A stretch of DNA of 64,000 nt from IMG/VR virus record IMGVR_UViG_3300035182_002389, positions 96,001 to 160,000 of that record, one strand, 5' to 3'. A program made the translations under genes and the position numbers. The DNA comes from a virus (Duplodnaviria; Caudoviricetes). Of this stretch, positions 42,721 to 51,616 are shown one piece after another (the first letter of the stretch is position 1; every line of letters begins with the position of its first letter). The notes beneath the pieces were generated by a model, which saw nothing but the letters and a program-made list of their open reading frames with translations, was not told where the DNA came from and searched no databases.

Positions 42721-43710
42721 ATGGGCCCTCTTCCTATCATTCTCGGCGGCGGCGCTGTGCTCCTTGCGCTCGCGTTCGGCAAGAAGTCCTCGGTTGCGTC
42801 GCTGACCAGCAACCCTCAGCCGACCCCCTACACGCCGCCGAACATCCTCCCGCCGGGGCCCACGCCGCCGAAGCCAGTCCCTCCCCAGGATTTGCCCATG
42901 GGCACTTCCGGCGGCGCGAGCAAGGCCGAGATCACCTGCTTGCAGACGCAGCTCAGCATGCTCCGGTCGCCCGACGGCGCCGGATACAACACGGGCGGCA
43001 TCGACGGCGTCTGGACGAGCGGAACGTCCTCCGCGCTCGCGAAGTTCCAGAAAGATGCCGGCCTGCCGGTCACCGGAAGCATCGACGCGGCGACCCGATC
43101 GGCCGAAGCCTTCGCCATGTGCTTCTCGGCCAGCGCGCCGCAGCCTTCGAGCGGCCCCGACATGACCGGCGGCGCCACCGCGTACCAAATCCGCTGCCTC
43201 CAAAGCGCTCTGAACAACCGCTACAACGATCAGAACGTCAAGGAAGACGGTCTCTGGTCAAGCGCGCTCGGCACCGTCGTCTCTCGCGCGCAAACCGACG
43301 CGGGGCAGGCCGTCACCGGCCGCATCACCCCCGAGCTGCTCGCGCAAGCCGGATGCTCTGCTGCCGCGCCGACCGTGTATCCGTCGACCTTCGGCGACAC
43401 CATCGCGTGCGACGTCAACGGCAACATGCCTGACGCGAAGAAGACGGCGGACCTCAAGGCCGCCATCAACGCGTCGACCAGCGAAGCCGACCTCAACGAG
43501 TTCGCGAACTTCTGCCTCTCGCTCGACAAGCCCTGCACGGGTCTGCACGACTACGCGCTCGCCCGCATCGTCGGGATGCGCGAGAACAAGACCACCGAGC
43601 AAGTCCTGCAAGAGCAGCACGACGCCGCCGTCGCTGCCGCGCAACAAGCGGGAGGCGTCGTCAAGGACGCTGCTGGCAACGTCATCGACACCTTCAAGAA
43701 CATGTTCTGA
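42721..43710 (+). CDS. signal-anchored protein with peptidoglycan-binding domains
   Basis: IDGVWTSGTSSALAKFQKDAGLPVTGSID and EDGLW...AQTDAGQAVTGRI. Confidence 0.85.
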   Translation: MGPLPIILGGGAVLLALAFGKKSSVASLTSNPQPTPYTPPNILPPGPTPPKPVPPQDLPMGTSGGASKAEITCLQTQLSMLRSPDGAGYNTGGIDGVWTSGTSSALAKFQKDAGLPVTGSIDAATRSAEAFAMCFSASAPQPSSGPDMTGGATAYQIRCLQSALNNRYNDQNVKEDGLWSSALGTVVSRAQTDAGQAVTGRITPELLAQAGCSAAAPTVYPSTFGDTIACDVNGNMPDAKKTADLKAAINASTSEADLNEFANFCLSLDKPCTGLHDYALARIVGMRENKTTEQVLQEQHDAAVAAAQQAGGVVKDAAGNVIDTFKNMF

Positions 43711-43723
43711 TCGGGAGAGTGAA

Positions 43724-43951
43724 ATGCGAGTCTCGATCGGAAATCGTGTCGCCCTCGACGTGCAGACCGGCAAGGAGGGCGAGACCCTCCTGCTCCTGCT
43801 CACGGTTCAAACCCCGTGGGGCCCCATCTCCAACGCGACGAGCGTGAGCGCGCAGACGCTTCGCGCCATGCTTGTGTGGCTCCGCTCGAACTACGGCACG
43901 CTCGCGTACGATTTCGTTGCCGCGCGCAGCGGCCTGCTCCGTCGCCGCTGA
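43724..43951 (+). CDS. hypothetical protein
   Basis: GGAG SD; 75 aa. Confidence 0.6.
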   Translation: MRVSIGNRVALDVQTGKEGETLLLLLTVQTPWGPISNATSVSAQTLRAMLVWLRSNYGTLAYDFVAARSGLLRRR

Positions 43952-43963
43952 ACCAACATTCCC

Positions 43964-43978
43964 GGCTTACCGCAAGCC
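43964..43978. promoter_or_regulatory. palindromic operator-like site
   Basis: GGCTTACCGCAAGCC. Confidence 0.6.
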
Positions 43979-43999
43979 TTCATCCAAGAAAGCACGATC

Positions 44000-44644
44000 A
44001 TGTCGCACACCCGTGAAGAAGTTCTGACCCGCGCGATGGACGTCAACGCGCAGATGCAGGAAGTCGGCAAACTCGCCTTCTCGCTCTGCTTCGACCTTCA
44101 AGGGGCGGTCGCTACGGGCATGGCAGCCATCGCCAACATGAGCCCGACGCTCACCGAGGTCGCCGCCGTTCAGGCCTCGTTGCTCGGCGACATGATCCCG
44201 CAAATCGCCGTCAGCGTTCGGCGATGCAAGTCGCTGAACACGGTTCAGGCCGGCGGCGACGCCGCTTTCGTCTCGAAGTTCACGTCGCTGCTCGCGCGCT
44301 GGAAGCTCTTCACCCGCCGCATCCAGGTGTTCAACCTCTTCGGCCAAGGTCCCGACAGCGCGTGGGACACCGTCGGCGTCTACGAGAACATCCTCGCGAA
44401 GTATCGCCAGGAAGTGCAGCTCCTCGCGCCGACGACCGTGGCCAACATCGTCGAGCAGGAGGCGACGCCTCCGAACGTCCTGCCCGAGCCCGTCGACGCG
44501 AGCGCGGCTCCTTCGACCCAGATCGTCGCAGGCGCCGCAGGCGCAAGTGTGCCGGTCGCCGGCACGCCGTGGGCTCTCATCGGCGGCGCGGCCATCGGCG
44601 GCGCAGCGCTCACCTATCTGCTGACGAAGCGTTCGTCCCGATAG
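44000..44644 (+). CDS. C-terminally anchored helical protein, trio member 1
   Basis: HTREEV...RWKLFTRRIQ.F.LFG.GPDSAW; C-terminal TM. Confidence 0.8.
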   Translation: MSHTREEVLTRAMDVNAQMQEVGKLAFSLCFDLQGAVATGMAAIANMSPTLTEVAAVQASLLGDMIPQIAVSVRRCKSLNTVQAGGDAAFVSKFTSLLARWKLFTRRIQVFNLFGQGPDSAWDTVGVYENILAKYRQEVQLLAPTTVANIVEQEATPPNVLPEPVDASAAPSTQIVAGAAGASVPVAGTPWALIGGAAIGGAALTYLLTKRSSR

Positions 44645-44684
44645 GCGACCGAAACCTCGACCCTTCACGCGAAAGAACAAGACC

Positions 44685-45401
44685 ATGCCTTTGCTCGACA
44701 CCCACTCGCGTGAAGAGGTCCGCGCCAAAGCGGCGAACGTCGACGCCTCGATGAAGGAGTTCGAGAAGATCGTCCTCTCGCGGATGGCCTTCGACCCGAG
44801 CGCCATCGGTTCGGCGGTCAATGCCGCGCTCGCTCCCGACGCTCCCAACGCCGGCGAGTCCGCCAGCATCCTCGCTGCCAACCTCTCCGATACGGCGCCG
44901 TACATCGGCCCCTCCGTTCAACGCCGCGCCACCATCAGCGCTGCCCAGGCGACCAAGGAGACCGACTTCGCCACGAAGTTCATGGCCTTCTACGCGCGAT
45001 GGAGCCTCTTCTACAAGCGCATCCAAGGGTTCGATCTCTTCGGGCCGTCCCCCGACGCCGCGTGGAAGATCGTGACCGACTACGAGACGAACCTCGGCAC
45101 CTACAAGCAGGAAGCCGCGCAGATCATGGCCGCGTCGGCCGCTACGCCCGGCCCTGTGTTCGGGCCGCCCATCAACCCGACTCCGGTCGTTCCCGGCCAA
45201 CCTGCACTGCCGGGGCAGCCTGCGACGCCCGCGCTCCCCGGGGCAGGGCCCGCCCTGTCCTCGGGCATCCCGTCGTGGCTCCTCATCGGCGGCGTGGCTG
45301 TCGGCGGCGTCCTGCTCGCCCACTACCTGACCAAGTCGAAGGGGCCGACCAGCGGCCAGTCCCTGCCTTCCGCGAGCTTCGCGAGCTACCGAGGCCGGTA
45401 G
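44685..45401 (+). CDS. C-terminally anchored helical protein, trio member 2
   Basis: HSREEV...RWSLFYKRIQGFDLFGPSPDAAW; C-terminal TM. Confidence 0.8.
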   Translation: MPLLDTHSREEVRAKAANVDASMKEFEKIVLSRMAFDPSAIGSAVNAALAPDAPNAGESASILAANLSDTAPYIGPSVQRRATISAAQATKETDFATKFMAFYARWSLFYKRIQGFDLFGPSPDAAWKIVTDYETNLGTYKQEAAQIMAASAATPGPVFGPPINPTPVVPGQPALPGQPATPALPGAGPALSSGIPSWLLIGGVAVGGVLLAHYLTKSKGPTSGQSLPSASFASYRGR

Positions 45402-45445
45402 CCCGAACTTCGCCACCGAACCTTTCGAGCCCTTCGAGGAGACCC

Positions 45446-46180
45446 ATGGCCGACTATCAGAACGCGCTCTTCAACACCCACGAACGCGGAGAGGTGAGGG
45501 CGCGAGCGTCGACCGTCGATGCGGCGATCTCGACCTACAATCGAGACCTGCTCGCGCAGATCGCGTTCGATGCGGCCGACGTCGGAACGAACCTCTCAAA
45601 GTACCTCACGAACGATCTCGGCGCGTCCGACGGCGAAGCTTCGCTCATCGTGGAAGAGAGCGTCGCCGTCGCCGCTCCCTTCCTCGTGCACGCAGGACAG
45701 CGCGTCGCCATCGTCCCGGTCGACACCGCACAGAGCGAGAAGACCTTCTACCAGGGATGGTCGAAGTTCTACGGCAAGTGGAAGCTCTTCTTCACGCGCA
45801 TCCAAAGCTTCAGCCTGCTCGGCCCGTCCCCCGACGACGCCTGGAACATGCTCATGCAGTTCGAGACCGATTTTGCCGCGTGGAAGAAGCAGGGCGAGAC
45901 CCTGCTCCACGTCAAATCGACGGCCCCCGACGTTCCCGCTCTCCCGCAGCCGGATCCGGGCGCCGTCGAGAAGTTCGGCTCCTCCGTCGAGTCGGTCGCG
46001 AAGACGGTCCTGCTCTACGGCGCGCTCGCGGGCGGCGGGTTCCTTCTCTACAAGTACCTCTCCTCGCGTGTCGAGGAGCGCAACATCGGCCTTGGCGAAC
46101 GACGCGCTGGCGGCTCCATGGGCGGCTCGATGATCGGGTCTGCCGAGCCCTACGGCTACCTTCCTTCAGGCCGGCGCTGA
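45446..46180 (+). CDS. C-terminally anchored helical protein, trio member 3
   Basis: HERGEV...KWKLFFTRIQSFSLLGPSPDDAW; TM near the C-terminus. Confidence 0.8.
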   Translation: MADYQNALFNTHERGEVRARASTVDAAISTYNRDLLAQIAFDAADVGTNLSKYLTNDLGASDGEASLIVEESVAVAAPFLVHAGQRVAIVPVDTAQSEKTFYQGWSKFYGKWKLFFTRIQSFSLLGPSPDDAWNMLMQFETDFAAWKKQGETLLHVKSTAPDVPALPQPDPGAVEKFGSSVESVAKTVLLYGALAGGGFLLYKYLSSRVEERNIGLGERRAGGSMGGSMIGSAEPYGYLPSGRR

Positions 46181-46181
46181 G

Positions 46182-46252
46182 GCAAGACGAGATCGGGAAC
46201 GCGCCTTCGGCGCTGGGAACGGGAACGGGAACGGGAACGGGAACGGGAACGG
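46182..46252 (+). repeat. family-2 element with (GGGAAC)6
   Basis: GCAAGACGAGATCGGGAAC-GCGCCTTCGGCGC-T(GGGAAC)6GG; fills almost the whole intergenic gap. Confidence 0.95.
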
Positions 46253-46257
46253 ACAAG

Positions 46258-47079
46258 ATGCTGCCAATCCTTGCCGCTGTTGGAGCTTGGGAAGGGGCCT
46301 GGTGGCTCCGTCGCCGCAACGCGCGCACGTCGATGTACGCGGAGGCCGCTGCCAAAGCGCGCCAGCTCGGCAAACCGTTGCTCGTCATCGGCGCGCCCGA
46401 CGGGGGCGTCACGGCGGGCTACGGATGCGGAGACGTCACCATCGACCTGCAAGAGTCCTCGTGCCCCGTCAGCATCAAGGCCGACATCACGAAGACGCTC
46501 CCGTTCGACGACAACTCCGCGGTCGTGTTCGTGTCCTGCGTCCTCGAATACGTGAACGACGCCGAAGCGGCCATGCGCGAGCTTCGCCGTGTCGCAGGGC
46601 CGAACCTCTACATGGTTCGTGTCGAGCCGTGGACGCTCACGGCCTACCTCTACCCAGGCGCTCAGCGCACCTTCCCACGAAACGTCACCCCCGAGTCTGA
46701 GGCCGCCGTGCTCAAGCTCCGACCTTCCGGCCACGCTCTTCTCCGCCGCCACAACGAAACACTCGCGCCCTCGCGCGAAGGCCCGACTGCCATCGTGCGC
46801 ACGGGCGCCGTCGCCGACCCTTCCGCGCCCGCCCCCGGGTTCAACTGGATGCTCGCGCTCGGCGCCCTCGGAGCCATCGGCGTCGCGCTCTACATCGTGA
46901 AGAAGAGCGGCGAGAAGGTCGAGGTCACGCACCGCCAGGCTTCGTACGAAGACCTTTGGAGCGATGCGACGCGTGCGACGCGCGACCCGCAGCGCGCCAA
47001 GAAACAGAAATCTCGCCTCGAAGCGTGGGAAGCGCGCAAGGCGATGAGCGCCATCGCGCGCCGAGAGAACGAGTGGTGA
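46258..47079 (+). CDS. membrane-associated class I SAM-methyltransferase-like protein
   Basis: LLVIGAPDGG...TIDL...ADITKTLPFDDNS...VLEYVNDAEAAMRELRRV; two hydrophobic segments. Confidence 0.65.
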   Translation: MLPILAAVGAWEGAWWLRRRNARTSMYAEAAAKARQLGKPLLVIGAPDGGVTAGYGCGDVTIDLQESSCPVSIKADITKTLPFDDNSAVVFVSCVLEYVNDAEAAMRELRRVAGPNLYMVRVEPWTLTAYLYPGAQRTFPRNVTPESEAAVLKLRPSGHALLRRHNETLAPSREGPTAIVRTGAVADPSAPAPGFNWMLALGALGAIGVALYIVKKSGEKVEVTHRQASYEDLWSDATRATRDPQRAKKQKSRLEAWEARKAMSAIARRENEW

Positions 47080-47294
47080 TGTACGCTCGGCCCATCCTCG
47101 CGCGACGGAAGACGTCTGCCGCTGTTGGCGCCGCCGCCGACGACGGCGACAAGCTGTCGACGAACACGATCGCGGTTCTCGCCGTCGTATGTCCTCTCGC
47201 GGGCTACCTTGCCTATCGGGCCTTCGGCGAGCCGCCTACAGAATCCGCGCGATCCACATCCACGCCCGCCCACCGATTGAGCTGGAACTCATGA
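47079..47294 (+). CDS. small TM protein with RPxL...VGA N-terminal motif
   Basis: MYARPILARRKTSAAVGA; one TM. Confidence 0.65.
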   Translation: MYARPILARRKTSAAVGAAADDGDKLSTNTIAVLAVVCPLAGYLAYRAFGEPPTESARSTSTPAHRLSWNS

Positions 47295-47533
47295 GCTTTC
47301 TTCGACCCTGCGGACGTTCTCTGTTGAGCGCGCCTACGTGGCCCACCGCACAAGCCCAGGTCGGCGGCACCGCCGAAACCGTCGCCGCCACCGCAACAGG
47401 TCTGCTCGTCGCAGGGTTCACCATCGCCCTTGGCGCCATGGCCGTCTACGATCGGGGTTTCACCAAGGGCTGCAACGACTGCCGAAACCAAGACCGAAAG
47501 TGGGCCCTCGAAGGCAAGTCGAAGTTCATCTGA
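47291..47533 (+). CDS. small TM protein with RP...VGG N-terminal motif
   Basis: MSFLRPCGRSLL...AQVGG; one TM; CxxC near the C-terminus. Confidence 0.65.
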   Translation: MSFLRPCGRSLLSAPTWPTAQAQVGGTAETVAATATGLLVAGFTIALGAMAVYDRGFTKGCNDCRNQDRKWALEGKSKFI

Positions 47534-47565
47534 CAAGACACATAACGAGCTGCTACTATCTTCCC

Positions 47566-47766
47566 ATGCCCCGACCGAACATCGTCCTCGAACCCGGCCA
47601 CGTTTTTCTCTACAAAGCCCTCGGCAAGACGAACGAGACCATCAAGGTCTCCGCCGAAGACGCGAAGAAGGCGAACTTCATCAAGCTCTTCGACGTGCAC
47701 GGGCGAACCTTCGCCGCGTTCTCCATCAAAGGGACGCTCTACGCGCAGCCCTACCGGCACGGATAG
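47566..47766 (+). CDS. hypothetical protein
   Basis: TACTAT 6 nt before the ATG. Confidence 0.6.
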   Translation: MPRPNIVLEPGHVFLYKALGKTNETIKVSAEDAKKANFIKLFDVHGRTFAAFSIKGTLYAQPYRHG

Positions 47767-47774
47767 GAGACGTC

Positions 47775-48617
47775 GTGGCCGAAACCCTCGCCGACACGCT
47801 TCGCCAGCTCGGCGCCCGCATGCTTCGGATTCTCACCGAAGAGAAGCATCGAAACCGATCGCCGCTCGAAGTCATTCGCGAAGAGCTGGCTCGGCAGGGG
47901 ATCGACCCGAGCGGGGAGAAGCAGAACGCGATCACGCTCTTGTTCGCTGCTTTCTGGGCGATGAGCGGGTTCGCCTACGTCGCGGTCGGCCACACGCTCT
48001 CGGCCTCGCTCATGGCCACCGATCCGCCCGAGGACGTCGAAGACCTCGACGTCCCATGGCCCGCGTTCATCGTCGGCGTGCCCAACGGCCTCATCCCGGG
48101 CGATCCTGCCGAGTTCATCGGCATCGCTCGAAGATCCGATTCCAGCGACGCCATGGTTCTGATCGGATGGCGCGCCGGCAACCGCTACTCCGCATGGTTC
48201 GGAAGCATTCGCGAACTCTCAGAGAACGCCAGGCACGCGGGCGCCGACGTCATCCTGCTCTACCGTTTGCTCATCGGCGTCATTCTGGAGCTGGACGCCC
48301 CCAAGGCCTCGGGGACCTTGCAGTCGCCACCGAAGCAGCCGAAGACTCGTCGGCAAGGGGAGCTGCCTCGCGTGTGGGTCTACCGCCTCGTGCGCGACGT
48401 CAAGGTCGACTGCCGCCCGTGGGTGCAGGCGTTCGTGCAGAGCGGAGGCAAGTCGCCGTCCGTGCAGCGCCTCACGCGAGGGCACCAACGACGCGTCGCA
48501 GTCGGACCTGGGCGCGCAGGACGGCGTTGGCAGCGCATCGAGCCCTATTGGAAGGGAAGCGTCGACGCTCCGATTGCGACGAGTCGACACGTCCTTGCGA
48601 CCAAGCGGCGTCCGTGA
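47775..48617 (+). CDS. hypothetical protein
   Basis: AGGAG SD, GTG start; C-terminal RGHQRRV..G.GR..R....I.PYWKG motif. Confidence 0.7.
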   Translation: MAETLADTLRQLGARMLRILTEEKHRNRSPLEVIREELARQGIDPSGEKQNAITLLFAAFWAMSGFAYVAVGHTLSASLMATDPPEDVEDLDVPWPAFIVGVPNGLIPGDPAEFIGIARRSDSSDAMVLIGWRAGNRYSAWFGSIRELSENARHAGADVILLYRLLIGVILELDAPKASGTLQSPPKQPKTRRQGELPRVWVYRLVRDVKVDCRPWVQAFVQSGGKSPSVQRLTRGHQRRVAVGPGRAGRRWQRIEPYWKGSVDAPIATSRHVLATKRRP

Positions 48618-48630
48618 CTTGTCGAAAGTC
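48616..48630. promoter_or_regulatory. palindromic operator-like site
   Basis: GACTTGTCGAAAGTC followed by TAGGAT. Confidence 0.6.
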
Positions 48631-48651
48631 CAAGCGTAGGATGGTGGCACC

Positions 48652-49239
48652 ATGAGTTCCAAGCTCCCGTACATCCTCGGCGGCGCCGCGGTCCTCGGCA
48701 TCGGCTACTTCCTCTACAAGAAGAGCCAGACGCCTACCGCAACCGGAGCAAAGAGCACCGCGGGAACGCCGCAGGGATCTGCTGGCACGCCGCAGGGAGC
48801 CGCCGGAACACCGCAAGGGCCTGCCGCTCCAGAGCCGACAAGACCGATTCTCGTGAGGAGCCCGGGGCCGCTCAACACGAACGCCATTCGTCTTCGCCCG
48901 GAACTCTTCGCGACGCAGCCCGAGCCGGCGCCTCAGCCGGAGCCCCAGCCCAAGCCAGAGCCGGAGCCACAGCCCAAGCCAGAGCCGGAGCCTCAGCCCC
49001 AAGAGCCGGTCGACACCGCCGATCTGGACGCGTGCTCTCAGGCCGTGGAAGACATCTCCAACAGCACCCTGCGGATGGCGGTCAAAGCCGGAATTTCTCA
49101 GGCTGCCAAACTTGGCGGTCCCAAGGGAGCTTCGGAGCTTCAGACGGCGATCTCCGCGCTTCGGATGGCCGCGTTCCTCGACGACTCCATGACCGACATC
49201 GCAGACTGCTTGCAAGCGGCGGCCGACAAGATGAAGTAA
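48652..49239 (+). CDS. signal-anchored protein with AGTPQG and EPQP repeats
   Basis: YILGGAAVLGIGYFLYKK; C-terminal two-Cys helical domain. Confidence 0.8.
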   Translation: MSSKLPYILGGAAVLGIGYFLYKKSQTPTATGAKSTAGTPQGSAGTPQGAAGTPQGPAAPEPTRPILVRSPGPLNTNAIRLRPELFATQPEPAPQPEPQPKPEPEPQPKPEPEPQPQEPVDTADLDACSQAVEDISNSTLRMAVKAGISQAAKLGGPKGASELQTAISALRMAAFLDDSMTDIADCLQAAADKMK

Positions 49240-49311
49240 GACGTCCGAACGAATGTTTCAGGCTCACGTCCACGGACCATTCGGACGCTTTTTCACCCGA
49301 GGCGCAAAAGC

Positions 49312-49833
49312 ATGAGCGCAAAAGTCCAGCTTCTTCAGCTCGGCGTGCCAGAGCGACTCGTCGAGAAGACGGGGGCGCTCATCGGCAAGGGCACCGAAGG
49401 CGTCATCTACGCGCTCTCGGAGCACCGCATCCTCAAGGTCAACCTCACCGCTCCGCGCACGCAATCCATCGCCGCCGTCGCCAAACGTGCGAACAAGAGC
49501 AAGTGGTCCGCGCACATCTACGAGTACGGCCGGTGCGAACCACGAGGGTTCTGGTACACGAGCGAGCGACTCTACAAGGTGCCTGAGAGAGCGCGCGTGC
49601 TGCTCAACGTCATCGGCCTGTCCTACGTCGCGTGGAAGCGCGGGCGGATGACCAAAGCGGAGCACGACGAGCGCGTGAAGGGGGCCATCGAACGGATGCC
49701 TCCGCAGCTTCAGAGCATCGTGAAGAGCGCTCGCAAGGCGGGGTACGTCGACGTGCACGGCGCGAACGTCATGATCACAAAAGACGGCATCTACAAGTTC
49801 ATCGACCCGGAATCGATCTCACGCGTCGTCTGA
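49312..49833 (+). CDS. protein-kinase-like (atypical) protein
   Basis: IGKGTEGVIY, ILKV, DVHGANVM, FIDP. Confidence 0.75.
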   Translation: MSAKVQLLQLGVPERLVEKTGALIGKGTEGVIYALSEHRILKVNLTAPRTQSIAAVAKRANKSKWSAHIYEYGRCEPRGFWYTSERLYKVPERARVLLNVIGLSYVAWKRGRMTKAEHDERVKGAIERMPPQLQSIVKSARKAGYVDVHGANVMITKDGIYKFIDPESISRVV

Positions 49834-49864
49834 CCGACCTTCAAACCGCACAATCGGTTCCTGC

Positions 49865-49936
49865 TGGGACGTAGCCAAGTTGGTAAGGCAGGGGATTTTG
49901 ATTCCCCCACCGCGGGTTCAAGTCCCGCCGTCTCTA
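49865..49936 (+). tRNA. trnQ: tRNA-Gln (anticodon UUG)
   Basis: Cloverleaf: TGGGACG acceptor, AGCCAAGTTGGTAAGGC D-arm, GGGGA-TTTTGAT-TCCCC anticodon arm, GCGGG-TTCAAGT-CCCGC T-arm; no encoded CCA. Confidence 0.9.
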
Positions 49937-49987
49937 CTGCCGCCGAGGCGGCTTTCCACAAGCCAACGAGAAGGGTACTCTTCCACC

Positions 49988-50245
49988 ATGTCGCCCCGCC
50001 CCATCCTTTCTCGCCGCGCCATCACCGGCGCCGTCACCACCGACGTCGCGGCTGCCGCCGCCGCAGCCGCGCCGCCCGTCGCGCCCGCGCCCATCGTCAC
50101 CACCGAGCCGTCCACCGGGCAGAAGATCGTCGGCACCGCAGGCGCGGCCGTCGGCCTCGCGGGCATCGGCGCCATGCTGCTCATCCCCGTCGCCGTGCTC
50201 GCGCTCATCGGCACCGGCGCCTACTACCTCTACAAGAAGGCCTGA
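49988..50245 (+). CDS. small TM protein with RPxL...TGA motif
   Basis: MSPRPILSRRAITGA; C-terminal hydrophobic helices ending YYLYKKA. Confidence 0.7.
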   Translation: MSPRPILSRRAITGAVTTDVAAAAAAAAPPVAPAPIVTTEPSTGQKIVGTAGAAVGLAGIGAMLLIPVAVLALIGTGAYYLYKKA

Positions 50246-50248
50246 ACC

Positions 50249-50449
50249 GTGATCGGGCGAGCGCTGCTTTCAAGGCGCGCTACGGTCGGCGCTGAATCTG
50301 CCACGCCCGCCACGCCGCAGGCTGCGAGCAGCGCGGTCTTGTGGACGTCGGCCATTACGCCCATCGCCGTTCTCGCGATCGCGGGCGGCATCGCCTACTA
50401 CATCGTCAAGAGCGAGCCGGATCGTCGCGCGGGACACACGCTCTTCTAG
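50249..50449 (+). CDS. small TM protein with RALL...VGA motif
   Basis: MIGRALLSRRATVGA; one TM. Confidence 0.7.
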   Translation: MIGRALLSRRATVGAESATPATPQAASSAVLWTSAITPIAVLAIAGGIAYYIVKSEPDRRAGHTLF

Positions 50450-50461
50450 TCGAGGCCCGTC

Positions 50462-51616
50462 ATGAATCTCGACCAAAAGCTTCGCGTCCTCGTTGCTGGG
50501 GATTCCATCGTCGCGGGCTATCCGACGACCTCCGGGTTTCGCAAGAAGCTGCGCGAGTCGCTGCCGGAGAGCGTCGTCGAGTTCGTGGGGCCGAACGTCG
50601 ACGCGGCCGGGCTCAGGCACGGCGGCTATCATGGGCACCCATCAAAGAGCCTCGTCAAAAAGCTCCCAGAGCTGCTCGCTGATCGCCCCGACATCGCCAT
50701 CATCATGGTGGGGGGCAACGGCATCCCCGATACGACCCCCGAGGACGTGGGCCAAGAGGTTTCAGCCCTCGCCAAAGGTCTCGTCGACGGAGGCGTGCGC
50801 GTCGTCTACGTCTCGAAGATTGCCGACGTCTCCCTCTTCAGCGAGCACGTGCGCGCCTACAACGAGCAGATCGCGCTTCAGTGCCTGCTGCCGAACGTGC
50901 ACGTCATCGACATTGGCGGCGCAGTCGGTCCTGCCGATCGTGGATCGCCGTACTACGCTGACGACTGCCATCCGAACGAACTCGGATACGATCGCATGGC
51001 CGACGTTCCGCTCGCTCAGGTTTTCGGGCAAACCCCGCAGCCCATCACACGCGTTGGCGCGAGCGGTGAAAGCCCGACCTCACTCCTTCAGAGAGCCGAC
51101 CAAGAACTGAAGTCTGCGTACCCCGAGATGACCTCGGAGATGCGCGCCGTCTTCATCAAGTCGTGCCACGAAATCACAGGCCTCGGCCAGTCGGGCGATT
51201 GGGCTCCGTTCGGTGTCGCGTCCAACAACGTCGGCGCCATCGTCTATCGCCCAGGCCACGACGCGACCTACTTCATGGGCCGCGACGGCGTGAAGTACGC
51301 GAAATACCCGACGCTCAAGGAAGGCCTTATCGCCGCTGTCGAAGCTTACGAGCACATCATCTCGCCCGACGTGCCCGAGCGACCGTCCTTTCGCCGTCCG
51401 GTGCTCACGCGCCCCTACCCGGAAGCGACGGCGAACTTCAACCTGCACGGCGGCAAGCCCATCCTCCGCATCAGCGTTCGAGGTTCCTCGGACGCAGAGC
51501 CCACCGGCAACCCCTTCTCCTACGCCAACCTCGGCGTTCTCGTCATCGCAGGCGCCCTGTTCGCGGGCACGCTCGCGCTTCGACCCGGGCACAACGCGCC
51601 TCCGAGCCACCGATGA
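50462..51616 (+). CDS. SGNH/GDSL esterase fused to a second domain and C-terminal TM
   Basis: GDSI (block I), HGGYHG (II), GGNG (III), DCHPN (V). Confidence 0.8.
   Translation: MNLDQKLRVLVAGDSIVAGYPTTSGFRKKLRESLPESVVEFVGPNVDAAGLRHGGYHGHPSKSLVKKLPELLADRPDIAIIMVGGNGIPDTTPEDVGQEVSALAKGLVDGGVRVVYVSKIADVSLFSEHVRAYNEQIALQCLLPNVHVIDIGGAVGPADRGSPYYADDCHPNELGYDRMADVPLAQVFGQTPQPITRVGASGESPTSLLQRADQELKSAYPEMTSEMRAVFIKSCHEITGLGQSGDWAPFGVASNNVGAIVYRPGHDATYFMGRDGVKYAKYPTLKEGLIAAVEAYEHIISPDVPERPSFRRPVLTRPYPEATANFNLHGGKPILRISVRGSSDAEPTGNPFSYANLGVLVIAGALFAGTLALRPGHNAPPSHR

Noticed and set aside
49880-49987. 5' extension of ORF 49880-50245
   Set aside because: It overlaps the tRNA-Gln gene; the real start is probably the ATG at 49988
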